DNA from: a virus
Virus record (IMG/VR): IMGVR_UViG_3300023179_000020
Length of the DNA stretch: 64,000 bases
Strand: one strand, 5' to 3'
The translations under genes were made by a program, and so were the position numbers. Below are positions 19,045-29,915 of this stretch, in pieces; position 1 is the stretch's first letter, and each line of letters opens with the position of its first letter. Under the pieces are notes generated by a model that did no database searches, was not told the DNA's origin, and was given only the letters and a program-made list of their open reading frames with translations.

Positions 19045-21246
19045 ATGGGATTAACATACAGAAAAAATTTAGGACGCCCTTTAACATCTGATGAAATAGA
19101 TGCTAATTTTGCCTATTTTACCGGATCACAAAGTATAACAGGCTCAATCACCATTTCAGGAAGCATAATTCCTGTAGTAGGAGCAGGAGAATTAACTTCA
19201 TCTTTTAGTCTAGGCTCAGAAACAGCAGCTTGGAAGGACATTTACGTATCTGAAGGATCAATTCGATTTGTAAAATCAGGTTCAAATGCTGTTGTTCTTT
19301 CAGCTACAGCTGAAGGAGGAATTGCAGTTGGTGGTGTTCCTGTTCCAACAGCTGAATACAGTGGTAGTTCAATTGTAGATGGTACTTCAACAGTTTCTGG
19401 AAGTTTAAAAGTTTCAGGTAGTTCAGATTTTGATGGCAGTATTAAAATAGGAACAGGTAATACAGTTTCAGATAAAGGAGCATTTGCTTCTGGGGATTGT
19501 AATTCAGCTATTGGTGATTTTTCTTCAGCTAAAGGAGCAAATTCCAGAGCATCTGGTTTTGTTTCAGATGCTAAAGGATTATTTGTAACATCTTCATTTA
19601 CAGCATCTAGTGCTAAAGGATACGGAACAATAGCTTCAAATTTAGCATCAAGTGCTAAAGGTTACTATACAGTAGCATCAGGTATAATTTCTAATGCTAA
19701 AGGATATATGACTACTGCCTCAGGTACTGGTTCAAATGCTGATGGTTATAAAACTAAAGCTACAAACGATTTTGCAGAATCTAAAGGATATTATTCAATA
19801 GCATCAGGTATTTATTCTCATGCTAAAGGTGCATATACTACAGCATCAGGAACATCATCATATGCAGAAGGAAATCAAGCAAATGCTTCTGGTCCTTTTT
19901 CACATGCTCAAGGAGCGGCTACTATTGCTTCAGGTATTTATTCTTATGCAGAAGGTGATCAAACTTTAGCATTAGGTGCTTTTTCTCACACTAAAGGAGC
20001 ATTTACAACTGCTTCAGGAGTAGCTTCAGTAGCTATAGGTAACCAATCCTTAGCATCTGGTCCTTTTTCACATGCTCAAGGAGCGGCTACTATTGCTTCA
20101 GGTATTTATTCTCATGCAGAAGGTGATCGAACCTTAGCTTCAGGCAATTATTCACGTGCAAAAGGTGTTTATGCTACTGCTTCAGGACAAGCATCTAGTG
20201 CTGAAGGTAATAATACTTTAGCATCTGGTTTTTATTCCCGTGCTGAAGGATTAGCAACAATTGCTTCAGGAAAAGCATCTAATGCTAAAGGCAGACAAAC
20301 TATTGCTTCAGGTACTGGTTCTCATGCTGAAGGTATAGGAACCGTTTCTAGTGGTTTAGGTTCTCATGCTGAGGGTTGGTTTACAACTGCATCAGGTGGT
20401 AATTCACACGCTGAAGGAAACCAAACCGTATCCTCAGGTGAAGTGTCACATGCTGAAGGTGTTTTAAATTTAGCTTTAGGAGGTGGTTCTCACGCTGAAG
20501 GTGTTTTAACAACCTCTTCAGGTCTTTGGTCTCACTCTGAAGGTAGAGGCACATTAACCTTAGGAACTGGTTCTCATGCTGAAGGCCGATTAACAGTTGC
20601 TTCAGGTGATTATTCACATGCTGCTGGTTCTGCTTCTTTAGCTTCAGGTATAGGTTCTTATGCTGCAGGTCTTTTATCAACTGCTTCCGGTGATTATTCG
20701 CATGCTGAAGGATATTTAACCATAGCTTCAGGTTCTCAATCACATGCTGAAGGATTTAGTACAGAAGCATTAGGACAATCTTCTCATGCTGAAGGTACAA
20801 ATACAATTGCTTTAGCAACTGCTACTCATACTGAAGGAGCAAATACAATTGCTTTAGGTTCTTATTCTCATGCTGAAGGTCAATACACAACAGCTAGTGG
20901 TGTTGGTTCACATGCCGAAGGTCAATATACAACCGCTTTAGGTACTTACTCACATGCTAGTGGAATAAACACAGTAGCATCAGGTAGTGGACAAACAGTA
21001 GTAGGAACATATAATGCTTTAAATAACGATAATTCTTTATTTGTTGTAGGAGCAGGTAAGTCAGGTAATAGAAAAGACGGATTCTCAGTAGAACTAGATA
21101 CTATTAACGTTAGACCTCACATTGTTATACCTACAAATACTGGTAATCCTAATAATCCAAAAGCTGGATCTATGTATTTTAATTCTTCTAGCCTTTTATT
21201 ATACATTTATGATGGTGCGGCTTGGAGATCATCTTCATTCGCTTAA
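19045..21246 (+). CDS. Fibre/adhesin with 14-aa SHAEG repeats (YadA-head-like beta-roll)
   Basis: Dozens of xSHAEGxxTxAxG repeats; N-terminal RxxLGRPLTxxEIDANF anchor. Confidence 0.75.
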   Translation: MGLTYRKNLGRPLTSDEIDANFAYFTGSQSITGSITISGSIIPVVGAGELTSSFSLGSETAAWKDIYVSEGSIRFVKSGSNAVVLSATAEGGIAVGGVPVPTAEYSGSSIVDGTSTVSGSLKVSGSSDFDGSIKIGTGNTVSDKGAFASGDCNSAIGDFSSAKGANSRASGFVSDAKGLFVTSSFTASSAKGYGTIASNLASSAKGYYTVASGIISNAKGYMTTASGTGSNADGYKTKATNDFAESKGYYSIASGIYSHAKGAYTTASGTSSYAEGNQANASGPFSHAQGAATIASGIYSYAEGDQTLALGAFSHTKGAFTTASGVASVAIGNQSLASGPFSHAQGAATIASGIYSHAEGDRTLASGNYSRAKGVYATASGQASSAEGNNTLASGFYSRAEGLATIASGKASNAKGRQTIASGTGSHAEGIGTVSSGLGSHAEGWFTTASGGNSHAEGNQTVSSGEVSHAEGVLNLALGGGSHAEGVLTTSSGLWSHSEGRGTLTLGTGSHAEGRLTVASGDYSHAAGSASLASGIGSYAAGLLSTASGDYSHAEGYLTIASGSQSHAEGFSTEALGQSSHAEGTNTIALATATHTEGANTIALGSYSHAEGQYTTASGVGSHAEGQYTTALGTYSHASGINTVASGSGQTVVGTYNALNNDNSLFVVGAGKSGNRKDGFSVELDTINVRPHIVIPTNTGNPNNPKAGSMYFNSSSLLLYIYDGAAWRSSSFA

Positions 21247-21264
21247 TAAAATAAACATAACAAT

Positions 21265-21294
21265 AAGAAGACCCAATTTAGGGTCTTCTGTTTT
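21265..21294 (+). terminator. Rho-independent terminator
   Basis: AGAAGACCC-AATTTA-GGGTCTTCT plus T-rich tail. Confidence 0.75.
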
Positions 21295-21323
21295 CTCTTA
21301 ATATTTATAAACAAACTCTATTC

Positions 21324-22487
21324 ATGTCTAACATTCCTATATACCCAGGCTCTTCATCATTTCTTCCAGGCCAAACACCTTTTGGATTCTATGACAATGA
21401 TATTCAATTTCAAGAAGACATTGATAAATTTGTTACATATTGTGCTAGAAGATTAGGTTATCCTTTAGTAGACGTTGAATTACAAGATTTAAATTTTTAT
21501 GCTGCATTTGAAGATGCGATAACTACTTATGGTAATGAAATTTATTCATTTCAAATAAGAGATAATCTTTTATCATTAGAAGGAGCACCAACAGATACTT
21601 TTGTAAACGATGCTATTATTACTCCTAATATGGGGGCAATAATAAAATTGTCACAACAGTATGCTGCTGAAGCAGGTGCAGGAGGAAACATAACTTATTA
21701 CAGTGGTGCTTTAGCATTAACACCAGGCCAACAAACATACGATTTAAAAGAATGGGCTGTTAGTCAAAGCATTTCAGGTGGTATAGAAATTAAAAAAGTA
21801 TTCTATCAAGACTTACCAGCTATAAATCAAATGTATGCACCTTTTGGTGGATTTGCTGGATTAGGAGGATTACCTGCTGCTGGTATTTACGGTGGAATGT
21901 ATGGTGGAGGATACGGAGGAGGATACTTAATGATGCCTGTAGCATATGATGCTGCTGTAATACAAGGATTAGAATTAAGTAATACCATTCGTTTATCAAA
22001 TTACACATTTGAAATTATAAACAATAATATAAAAATATTCCCTATACCAACAGACAACGATGTTAGGCAAGGATTTTTATGGTTTGAATACATAAAAGTT
22101 GAAGACAGATACGCTGACAGTATAACACAAACTGATGGAAGTAAAGTAACAAATGTATCAAATGCTCCATATAATTATCCTATTTATTCTCAACTAAATG
22201 CTGTTGGTAGATCATGGATTTTTGAATACGGTTTAGCACTCTGTAAAGAAATGTTAGGATACGTTCGTGGTAAATACAGTACCGTTCCTATCCCAGACCA
22301 AAATATTTCTTTAAACCAAGCTGATTTATTATCAGCAGCAACTGCTGAAAAAACAGCTTTAATTGAAAGATTAAGAACATACCTTGATGAAACTTCTAAT
22401 AAAGCTTTACTTGAAAGAAGAAAAGATGAAAGCGAATTTAGAAAGCAAGAGATTAATAATGTACCAATGTGTATATTTATCGGCTGA
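21324..22487 (+). CDS. Neck/head-tail adaptor (T4 gp13-like)
   Basis: RRLGYPLVDVEL, KEMLGYVRGKY, C-terminal P..IFIG; position. Confidence 0.75.
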   Translation: MSNIPIYPGSSSFLPGQTPFGFYDNDIQFQEDIDKFVTYCARRLGYPLVDVELQDLNFYAAFEDAITTYGNEIYSFQIRDNLLSLEGAPTDTFVNDAIITPNMGAIIKLSQQYAAEAGAGGNITYYSGALALTPGQQTYDLKEWAVSQSISGGIEIKKVFYQDLPAINQMYAPFGGFAGLGGLPAAGIYGGMYGGGYGGGYLMMPVAYDAAVIQGLELSNTIRLSNYTFEIINNNIKIFPIPTDNDVRQGFLWFEYIKVEDRYADSITQTDGSKVTNVSNAPYNYPIYSQLNAVGRSWIFEYGLALCKEMLGYVRGKYSTVPIPDQNISLNQADLLSAATAEKTALIERLRTYLDETSNKALLERRKDESEFRKQEINNVPMCIFIG

Positions 22488-22489
22488 TT

Positions 22490-23200
22490 ATGATAGTATA
22501 TTGTATACATAATATAATAAATGGAAAAAAATATATAGGATCTGATAGTAAAAATGACCCTAAATATCTTGGATCAGGGGTATATATCAAAAAAGCTATT
22601 AAAAAATATGGTAAAGAAAATTTTATCAAATGTATTTTAGCTAAGGTAGATTCATATGATATCATGAAAGAATTAGAAGAATACTGGATAGATTATTTTG
22701 ACGCTTACAATAACAATATGTTTTATAACGCCACAAAATATTCATCAGGTATAACTAAATTTCCTGAAGATAAAAAAATTAATATATCATTAGCTAACAA
22801 AAATAATACATACCATAAAGGATATAGACAAACTGAATTCCAAAAATCCCAAACATCTAAAGCTAATACAGGGAGAAAACACTCAGATATTTCTAATAAG
22901 CTAAAAAGACAAGCTAAAATAGGTAATAAATATGCTTTAGGAAACAAATTATCCGAAGAACAAAAGAAAAAAATATCACAAAGTAAAAAAAATCATCCTT
23001 GTTATAATAATGTAGAACGTAATAAGAAAATAAGTGAAAAAAACAGTAAACCTATACTTCAATTTGATAAACAAGGTAATTTTATACAAGAATGGCCTAA
23101 TGCTAAATCAATATGTCTTTATTTAAATATAACAAGTATTAGTAGATCTTTAAAAGATTGGAATAATAATAGTAGGGGATTTAAATTTAAATACAAATAA
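22490..23200 (+). CDS. Free-standing GIY-YIG homing endonuclease with NUMOD3/NUMOD1-like tail
   Basis: IVYCIHNIINGKKYIG, YLGSG, KYGKENF; start taken as ATG 22490. Confidence 0.85.
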   Translation: MIVYCIHNIINGKKYIGSDSKNDPKYLGSGVYIKKAIKKYGKENFIKCILAKVDSYDIMKELEEYWIDYFDAYNNNMFYNATKYSSGITKFPEDKKINISLANKNNTYHKGYRQTEFQKSQTSKANTGRKHSDISNKLKRQAKIGNKYALGNKLSEEQKKKISQSKKNHPCYNNVERNKKISEKNSKPILQFDKQGNFIQEWPNAKSICLYLNITSISRSLKDWNNNSRGFKFKYK

Positions 23201-23202
23201 GT

Positions 23203-23715
23203 ATGTGCGCACTTTTTGGTGGAAAAAGAGATATTTCCCTTTTTAGGCATATTAACAGAGAACTGTTAGGGGATATTATTACTCAACAATGTGCTTTTTA
23301 CAAATTTGTTTTAGACAAAACCATTGTTAACATGTATGGAGAAGCATCAGGTGGTAAATTTTATGATGGTCCTGTACTATTAAATTCTTTAATAACAGTA
23401 GCAGACAATACTTCTCCTACAAACGAATTTGGTGTTGATTTTAATTGGAGTATAAAAGTTGCATTTTTACGAGACGATTTAGTAGAAGCAAATGTGCATC
23501 CTGAAGTAGGAGACATTATACTTTATCAAGAAAGTTATTTTGAAGTTGATAATACTAACATAGTTCAGTTCTTTGCAGGCAAAGACCCAGACTATCCGTA
23601 CGCTACTAATCCATTAAACCCAGGATTAGAAAATTTTGGTTACAACGTAAGTGTAATATGTGAAACCCATTACGTTCCTGCGGATCGTGTGAATTTGATA
23701 AAACAAAGATTATAA
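23203..23715 (+). CDS. Head completion/neck protein (T4 gp14-like)
   Basis: NMYGEA, PEVGDII..YFEV motifs; position. Confidence 0.65.
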   Translation: MCALFGGKRDISLFRHINRELLGDIITQQCAFYKFVLDKTIVNMYGEASGGKFYDGPVLLNSLITVADNTSPTNEFGVDFNWSIKVAFLRDDLVEANVHPEVGDIILYQESYFEVDNTNIVQFFAGKDPDYPYATNPLNPGLENFGYNVSVICETHYVPADRVNLIKQRL

Positions 23716-24977
23716 TGGCTGGAAGAAAACCAATACCTAAAACACAGAGAGAAATTAGCATTTCTCAACAAACTCCATTTGTACCACCACCTGGAGCACC
23801 TGGTTTTCAGTCTACTGGTAATCCTAATAAAGCTGAGGGTATTAACAGAGCAGAACAAACATCATTTAGAGACGATACTGTTAAACCTTTATCTATTGGT
23901 ATCCAAGACATGGATGAAGCAGTAATGTATTATTTTCAAAACGTTATAAACCCATCAGTTTTACAAAATGGAGAAAAAATATCTGTACCTATAATTTACG
24001 GTTCACCAGAAAAATGGAAATCATTCCAAAAAGATGGATACTATAGAGATTTAAATGGTCGTATAATGGCTCCTCTTATTATGTTTAAGAAAAACAGTAT
24101 AGAGAAAGTTAGAAATTTAACCAATAAATTGGATGCTAACAATCCTAACAATGTTGTTGTGTATGGTAAAAGGTATAGTAAACAAAATGAGTACAGTAAA
24201 TTTAACATTTTAAACAATGTTAAACGTGAAAAAACATACTACGCCACAGTAGTACCTGACTACTTAAATATCACTTATGATTGCGTTATTTTCACCTATT
24301 ATAATGACCAATTAAACAAAATTATAGAAACATTAGAATATGCTTCTGATTCATATTGGGGTGATCCTGAAAGATTTAAGTTTAAAGCAACTATAAGTAC
24401 ATTTACCCCAACTGTAGAATTATCAGACAATTCTGAACGTATAGTAAAATGTACTTTATCCATAACACTTTATGGATACATCATTCCAGACATTCCTCAA
24501 AAAGATTTAAATTCTATAAAGAAGTTTTCTGAAAAAAATAAATTAACATTTACTGTAGAAACAGTAAGTGGAGAAATAAATAATTTTAATTCTAACGTTA
24601 ATCAAACAACTATGCAAAAAGGAGGTTTAGCAAGTATTATAGATTCACCTAATATTGTTAACAATATAACAATATCAAATGTAGGTGCAGATGTATTAAC
24701 TTATCTTAATACAAGTAAAGCACTTCAAGCAACAACTGTTACTGCTCCTGATACAGCAGTATTTACAGGAGCATTTTTAACAGCTCCTACTGGCTTACCA
24801 GCTACAAGTGCTACTTCATTTTCTTATTTTATAAATGGACAATTAGTAGAACCAAATGCTGTTACATCTTTTGTTGATAATGGAGGAAGTACTTGTACAT
24901 TAACAATTAATACAACTAATTTAGGTTTTACTTTACAATCAACAGACGAAGTAGTAGCAATAGGTAAATTTGCATAA
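23715..24977 (+). CDS. Tail terminator/sheath stabiliser (T4 gp15-like) with C-terminal extension
   Basis: VPIIYGSPEKW, PLIM, PDY.NITY motifs. Confidence 0.6.
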   Translation: MAGRKPIPKTQREISISQQTPFVPPPGAPGFQSTGNPNKAEGINRAEQTSFRDDTVKPLSIGIQDMDEAVMYYFQNVINPSVLQNGEKISVPIIYGSPEKWKSFQKDGYYRDLNGRIMAPLIMFKKNSIEKVRNLTNKLDANNPNNVVVYGKRYSKQNEYSKFNILNNVKREKTYYATVVPDYLNITYDCVIFTYYNDQLNKIIETLEYASDSYWGDPERFKFKATISTFTPTVELSDNSERIVKCTLSITLYGYIIPDIPQKDLNSIKKFSEKNKLTFTVETVSGEINNFNSNVNQTTMQKGGLASIIDSPNIVNNITISNVGADVLTYLNTSKALQATTVTAPDTAVFTGAFLTAPTGLPATSATSFSYFINGQLVEPNAVTSFVDNGGSTCTLTINTTNLGFTLQSTDEVVAIGKFA

Positions 24978-24979
24978 AC

Positions 24980-26599
24980 ATGAGTATACTTAGAAAAGAA
25001 CAATCAATTAATCCTTTAAGTACATTACCGGATGAATCTATCCAATTTAATAGTGGAAGTTCATTTAGTGGAAGTTCTAACTTTATGTATAACTATTTAT
25101 CCCAAAGTTTAGAACAAGGGAATAGTGTTATAGCTTCAGGTCATTTTTCACATGCTGAAGGATCAAGTTCATTAGCTTCAGGTTATAGTTCTCACGCTGA
25201 AGGTAATAATACAACTGCTTCAGGTGAGTATTCACATGCTGAAGGTTTTAATACAAAAGCTTTAGGTGATGTTTCTCACGCTGAAGGCGAATACTCTACA
25301 GCTCTAGGTAATTATTCCCATGCTGAAGGTGGATTTACAAATGCTTCAGGTGAGTATTCACATGCTGAAGGTTCAGGATCATTCGCTTTAGGTTCTTATT
25401 CACACGCTGAAGGAAATAATACATATGCTAGTGGTTCTTATTCTCACGCTGAAGGTGGATTTACAAGTGCTTCAGGTGAGTATTCACATGCTGAAGGATC
25501 AAGTTCATTGGCTTCAGGTTTATTTTCTCACGCTGAAGGTTTTAACACAACTGCTTCAGGTACTGGTTCCCATGCTGAAGGAAGTGGAACAAAAACTTTT
25601 GATTTAGTAACATATTCTCATGTTGAAGGCCTTACAACTCAAGCAGGAACTAATAAAGCATATTCTGCCTCTATTTCTAATGGTACTGCTTCATTTATGT
25701 CTTCTTATGGAAACATAACAAGTTTATTTACTGTAGGCAACTATGCTATTATATATAATCCTTCAAATATAACTTATACTCTTCCTTTAATTACAAGTAG
25801 ATCATTTAATAGTGGTACAAACATAACTCAAATGTTTTTTACTCCAATAGGAAGTAATATAACTACTGCTTACATTTTAAACACAACTCCTTCAAATTGG
25901 AATGGTGATCAAAATGTATTAGTTAACGTAGCACATGCTGAAGGTTTTAACACAGTAGTAATAGGCGCAGCATCACATGCTGAAGGTAGAGGAACATTAG
26001 CTGGAGGCTCTTATTCTCATGCTGAGGGCCGAGATACAATAACTATAGGTTTATATTCACATGCTGAAGGTCAAAATACAACATCTGTAGGTTCTTATTC
26101 TCATGCTGAAGGATTAAATACTAATGCTTTAGGTAATTATTCTCACGCTGAAGGACAAAATAATGTTGCTTCAGGTTCCTACTCTCATGCTGAGGGTTTA
26201 AACAACCTAGCAGGAGGTACTCATTCTCATGTTGAAGGACAAAGTAATACAGCTTCAGGTAACTATTCTCATGCTGAAGGAAATGCAACAAAAGCTTTAG
26301 GTCCTTACTCTCATACCGAAGGCCAAGGCACAATTGCCTCCGGTTCATATCAAACTGTAGTAGGTCGTTATAATGCTCAAAATGATTCAACTAGTTATTT
26401 TATAGTTGGAGGAGGAACATCTGATAGTATTAGAAGAGATTATTTTAAAGTAACAAGTAAACCTTCAATAGTTGTTCCTACTCAAAGTGTTGCTCCATCA
26501 TTGAATATTGAAGGAGAAATGGTTCTTGCATTAGTTAGTGGAAATCCACGTTTATATGCTTACATTGGAGGAACTTTAAGATCATGTTCTTTATTTTAA
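24980..26599 (+). CDS. Second SHAEG-repeat fibre/adhesin
   Basis: Two blocks of YSHAEG 14-aa repeats around an inserted domain; shares QTVVG.YNA motif with 19045-21246. Confidence 0.75.
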   Translation: MSILRKEQSINPLSTLPDESIQFNSGSSFSGSSNFMYNYLSQSLEQGNSVIASGHFSHAEGSSSLASGYSSHAEGNNTTASGEYSHAEGFNTKALGDVSHAEGEYSTALGNYSHAEGGFTNASGEYSHAEGSGSFALGSYSHAEGNNTYASGSYSHAEGGFTSASGEYSHAEGSSSLASGLFSHAEGFNTTASGTGSHAEGSGTKTFDLVTYSHVEGLTTQAGTNKAYSASISNGTASFMSSYGNITSLFTVGNYAIIYNPSNITYTLPLITSRSFNSGTNITQMFFTPIGSNITTAYILNTTPSNWNGDQNVLVNVAHAEGFNTVVIGAASHAEGRGTLAGGSYSHAEGRDTITIGLYSHAEGQNTTSVGSYSHAEGLNTNALGNYSHAEGQNNVASGSYSHAEGLNNLAGGTHSHVEGQSNTASGNYSHAEGNATKALGPYSHTEGQGTIASGSYQTVVGRYNAQNDSTSYFIVGGGTSDSIRRDYFKVTSKPSIVVPTQSVAPSLNIEGEMVLALVSGNPRLYAYIGGTLRSCSLF

Positions 26600-26611
26600 A
26601 AATAAATTTTA

Positions 26612-26941
26612 ATGTCATCTAGAAGATCCCTTTTTTCTGTAAATGCCAATAATGCAACTTCTGCATCTTTTTCTAATAAAGCAGCATTAGCAACCCTAGC
26701 AACACTTGCAACTAATGCAAACCATGCAACATCAGCAAGTTATGCTTTAACTGCTTCGTATGCTATGAATGGTGGAGGTGGAGGAAGTACAGATACTGGT
26801 TCTTTACTAACAACTGCTTCTTTTTCTAATCCAAACTTAACTTTTACTAAAGGTGATAAATCCACATTTCCAGTTAATTTAATAACTTTAATACCAACTA
26901 ATGCTTCAACTGCTAGTTATATTAATGGAGGAACATTTTAA
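26612..26941 (+). CDS. Small fibre-associated protein ending INGGTF
   Basis: ASYALTASYA repeats. Confidence 0.55.
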   Translation: MSSRRSLFSVNANNATSASFSNKAALATLATLATNANHATSASYALTASYAMNGGGGGSTDTGSLLTTASFSNPNLTFTKGDKSTFPVNLITLIPTNASTASYINGGTF

Positions 26942-27264
26942 TGGCAACTAGAATACCGTTTCAATGGGGCAATGCAAATTTTGCTTGGGAAACTAACCCT
27001 TTTCCTAACCAAAGTAAAAATCCATTTACTTGGGATGACTGTGCTTTAATAACTGAAATTTTAGAAGGATTAGCAGGTGGTAAAGCACCTGAAGATTTAT
27101 GGAAAGATAAAGAAAAGAAAAAACGATTTATTAAATTGCTTTGTAAAGTTGAAGGCAAAGAATACAAAGAAACTAAAGAAGTAACAAATCGTAAAATACG
27201 TATATCGGACATAGCCTTAGTAGCTAAAGAAGTTCTAGGCATAAACATTAAAGTAGATTTATAA
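26941..27264 (+). CDS. Hypothetical protein
   Basis: 107 aa, TAATG-coupled to neighbours. Confidence 0.6.
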   Translation: MATRIPFQWGNANFAWETNPFPNQSKNPFTWDDCALITEILEGLAGGKAPEDLWKDKEKKKRFIKLLCKVEGKEYKETKEVTNRKIRISDIALVAKEVLGINIKVDL

Positions 27265-27827
27265 TGTACAAATTATTTACAGACAAACCTGAATTATTTG
27301 AGTGCAACATAAAAATTGAAGGCGCCTCACTTAAAAATAGTCAAGCTCGATTAGTAATTGAAACAGAAGACATTAGTCTTTTATTCAATGGTACTATAAA
27401 CAAAGATGGTAAATGCACCATTCCAGTAAAAAAATTAAAAGGCTTACTAGAAAATAACACAGAAGGACAAATAAAACTTGAGGTTATAGCAGAGGATACG
27501 TATTTTACTCCTTGGAAATCAAATTTTCAGGTTGAAGCGTCAAGAAAAATAACAGTAGAAGTTAAATCCCAAGACGCAGAAATTATAACTGAAAGTGCTC
27601 CTAAAGTTCAAGTTACTGGAATTAAAGAAGAAAGTATTGATCCTATAACAGAACACGTTATAAAATTAGTTAGAATGTTAGTTAAAGAAGATATTAATGT
27701 TAAAAACTTAACTATTAAAAAAGATAAAGTAAATAACATTGTTGCTACATACTTACAAGAAAACAAAATTGAACAAAACCAAGTTCAAGAAATTATAAAC
27801 GGAATTTTATCAAAACTTCCTAAATAA
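27264..27827 (+). CDS. Hypothetical protein
   Basis: 187 aa, TAATG-coupled. Confidence 0.6.
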   Translation: MYKLFTDKPELFECNIKIEGASLKNSQARLVIETEDISLLFNGTINKDGKCTIPVKKLKGLLENNTEGQIKLEVIAEDTYFTPWKSNFQVEASRKITVEVKSQDAEIITESAPKVQVTGIKEESIDPITEHVIKLVRMLVKEDINVKNLTIKKDKVNNIVATYLQENKIEQNQVQEIINGILSKLPK

Positions 27828-27842
27828 AACAAATAAAAAGTT

Positions 27843-28871
27843 ATGGCAGGACCATTTGACTTAACCGGTCAAAATATAGAGAATACATACCAACGAGTCC
27901 TACAAACACCAGATGGGGTTAACATTTATGATGGTACTGGTTCCGCATTTACAGTTACGGCTGTAATTAATACAAGCAGTTTAGTAACAACTTCAAGTTT
28001 CAATGCGTTTACTTCAAGTATAAACAACTTTACATCATCCTATAACACAGGTTCTTTTACTGGTAGTTTTACAGGTAGTTTTAACGGTACTGCGAGTTGG
28101 GCTGATAGTGCATCTCAAGCTACAACAGCATCCTATGCTTTAAATGGAGGAGTAACTAGATTATTAGAAGGACCTGGAATAAGTTTATCCCCAACTAATG
28201 GTTTAGGCAATGTTACTATAAGTTCTACAGCAGGTGCCTACAACACAGCCACAGGTTCATATGGCAGTTTCTATGACACTGGTTCTCAAACTGCTGTTAG
28301 TGCTACTACCATATACTCAATGTCTATATCTACAACAGATATTTCCAATGGTGTTTTTATAAGTGGTTCTACAAATCCGTATAACACTTATGTTAAAGTT
28401 ACTAATGCTGGAGTATATAATATACAATTTTCTGCTCAGCTTAGAAACGCAGGAAATAACCCAGTAGATGTGACTGTATGGGTTAGAAAAAACAATATAT
28501 CATCAACTAATGACATTGCTGATTCTTCGGGTAAATGTACTGTACCTGCTAAAAAAGGAGCTGTACCTGGTCATTTAATTGCTAGTTGGAATTATTACAT
28601 ATCATTAGCAAATAATGACTTTATTCAATTGTTATGGCATGCTGATACAAGCAATGATGTAACTTTAGAAACTATAGCAGCAGGAGTTAACCCAACCCAC
28701 CCTAGAATCCCATCACTCATATTAACAGCACAACGTGTTGATACATTTTTAAGCAACACTGGATCATTTAGTGGATCATTTACCGGCGAATTAATAGGAA
28801 CATCAAGTTGGGCTTCTCAAGCATTAACTGCTTCATATTTTGACGGAGTAATAAATGGAGGTACTTTTTAA
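27843..28871 (+). CDS. Tail fibre-like protein ending INGGTF
   Basis: TGSF repeats, beta-sandwich segment GVYNIQFSAQL. Confidence 0.6.
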   Translation: MAGPFDLTGQNIENTYQRVLQTPDGVNIYDGTGSAFTVTAVINTSSLVTTSSFNAFTSSINNFTSSYNTGSFTGSFTGSFNGTASWADSASQATTASYALNGGVTRLLEGPGISLSPTNGLGNVTISSTAGAYNTATGSYGSFYDTGSQTAVSATTIYSMSISTTDISNGVFISGSTNPYNTYVKVTNAGVYNIQFSAQLRNAGNNPVDVTVWVRKNNISSTNDIADSSGKCTVPAKKGAVPGHLIASWNYYISLANNDFIQLLWHADTSNDVTLETIAAGVNPTHPRIPSLILTAQRVDTFLSNTGSFSGSFTGELIGTSSWASQALTASYFDGVINGGTF

Positions 28872-28886
28872 TATTTATAAAAGATA

Positions 28887-29915
28887 ATGGCTACAATAAT
28901 AATAAAAAATAGTACAGGTTCAAACTCAGTACCTGCCTCTTTATTGCAAGGAGAATTAGCTGTTAATACAGTAACAGGTAAACTGTTTTATGGTAGTGGT
29001 TCAGGAAATGCTGTAAGAGAATATACTGCTTCATTAGCATTAACTTCTTCAAATGGTTTTCCATATTCTGGTAGTGCTGTTATAACAGGTAGTTTAATAG
29101 TAAATAATGGAACTAATAATATTTTAACAGTTGACACAATTAATGGAAACTATCAACTAAATGATGGTAGTGGTATTCTTAGTATAGATTGGAATAATAG
29201 AACTTTAAGTGATGGAAATAGAGCCCCATTAGACTGGTTTAACAGATACTTACAATCATCAAATGCTGATGAATTGTCTGTTGATTGGGAAAATAGAGTT
29301 CTATACGCAAGTGACGGAACAACAGCTCATTTAGATTGGAGTAATCCATCATATATGCAGTTAGGTGGTACAACTGAAAGTCCAATAACAAATGTATTAG
29401 GCATAGATGGTAGTGGTAGATTATACTACACTGCCTCAAGTGCAATTGGAGGAGGTGGTGCTTCTTTTCCATATACAGGCAGTGCAATAATTACTGGCTC
29501 ATTAGTAATAACAGGCTCAACAACCTCAACTTCAGGATTTACAGGTAGTTTATTTGGTACATCATCTTGGGCTGAAAGTGCTTCTCAAGCGTTAACTGCT
29601 TCATACGTAACAGGATCAATATTTACAAGTACAAATCCTGCTTTATCAGCATCATATGCGTTAACAGCAAGTTATGCGGCTAATGCTGGTAGTACTTTTA
29701 ACTCGACTTCATCTGTTATAGGAAATGGATTATCATCTTCCTTTAATATAAACCACGGCTTTAACACAAGAAATCTTCATATTACAGTCTATGAAAGCAG
29801 TTCAAATGGAGAAACAGTATACCCAGATATAAGAAGAATTAATGCTAATACAGCAAGTATCATATTTGCAAATCCACCTACATCAAACCAATATATAGTT
29901 TACATTTCACAGTAA
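28887..29915 (+). CDS. Tail fibre protein (cassette 1)
   Basis: N-terminal GELAVN..GKLFYG; DW.NR.L repeats; C-terminal INHGFNT...YIVYISQ domain. Confidence 0.65.
   Translation: MATIIIKNSTGSNSVPASLLQGELAVNTVTGKLFYGSGSGNAVREYTASLALTSSNGFPYSGSAVITGSLIVNNGTNNILTVDTINGNYQLNDGSGILSIDWNNRTLSDGNRAPLDWFNRYLQSSNADELSVDWENRVLYASDGTTAHLDWSNPSYMQLGGTTESPITNVLGIDGSGRLYYTASSAIGGGGASFPYTGSAIITGSLVITGSTTSTSGFTGSLFGTSSWAESASQALTASYVTGSIFTSTNPALSASYALTASYAANAGSTFNSTSSVIGNGLSSSFNINHGFNTRNLHITVYESSSNGETVYPDIRRINANTASIIFANPPTSNQYIVYISQ

Noticed and set aside
22488-23202. Group I intron around the GIY-YIG gene (likewise the other three endonucleases)
   Set aside because: Flanking genes look complete and there is no room for a ribozyme core
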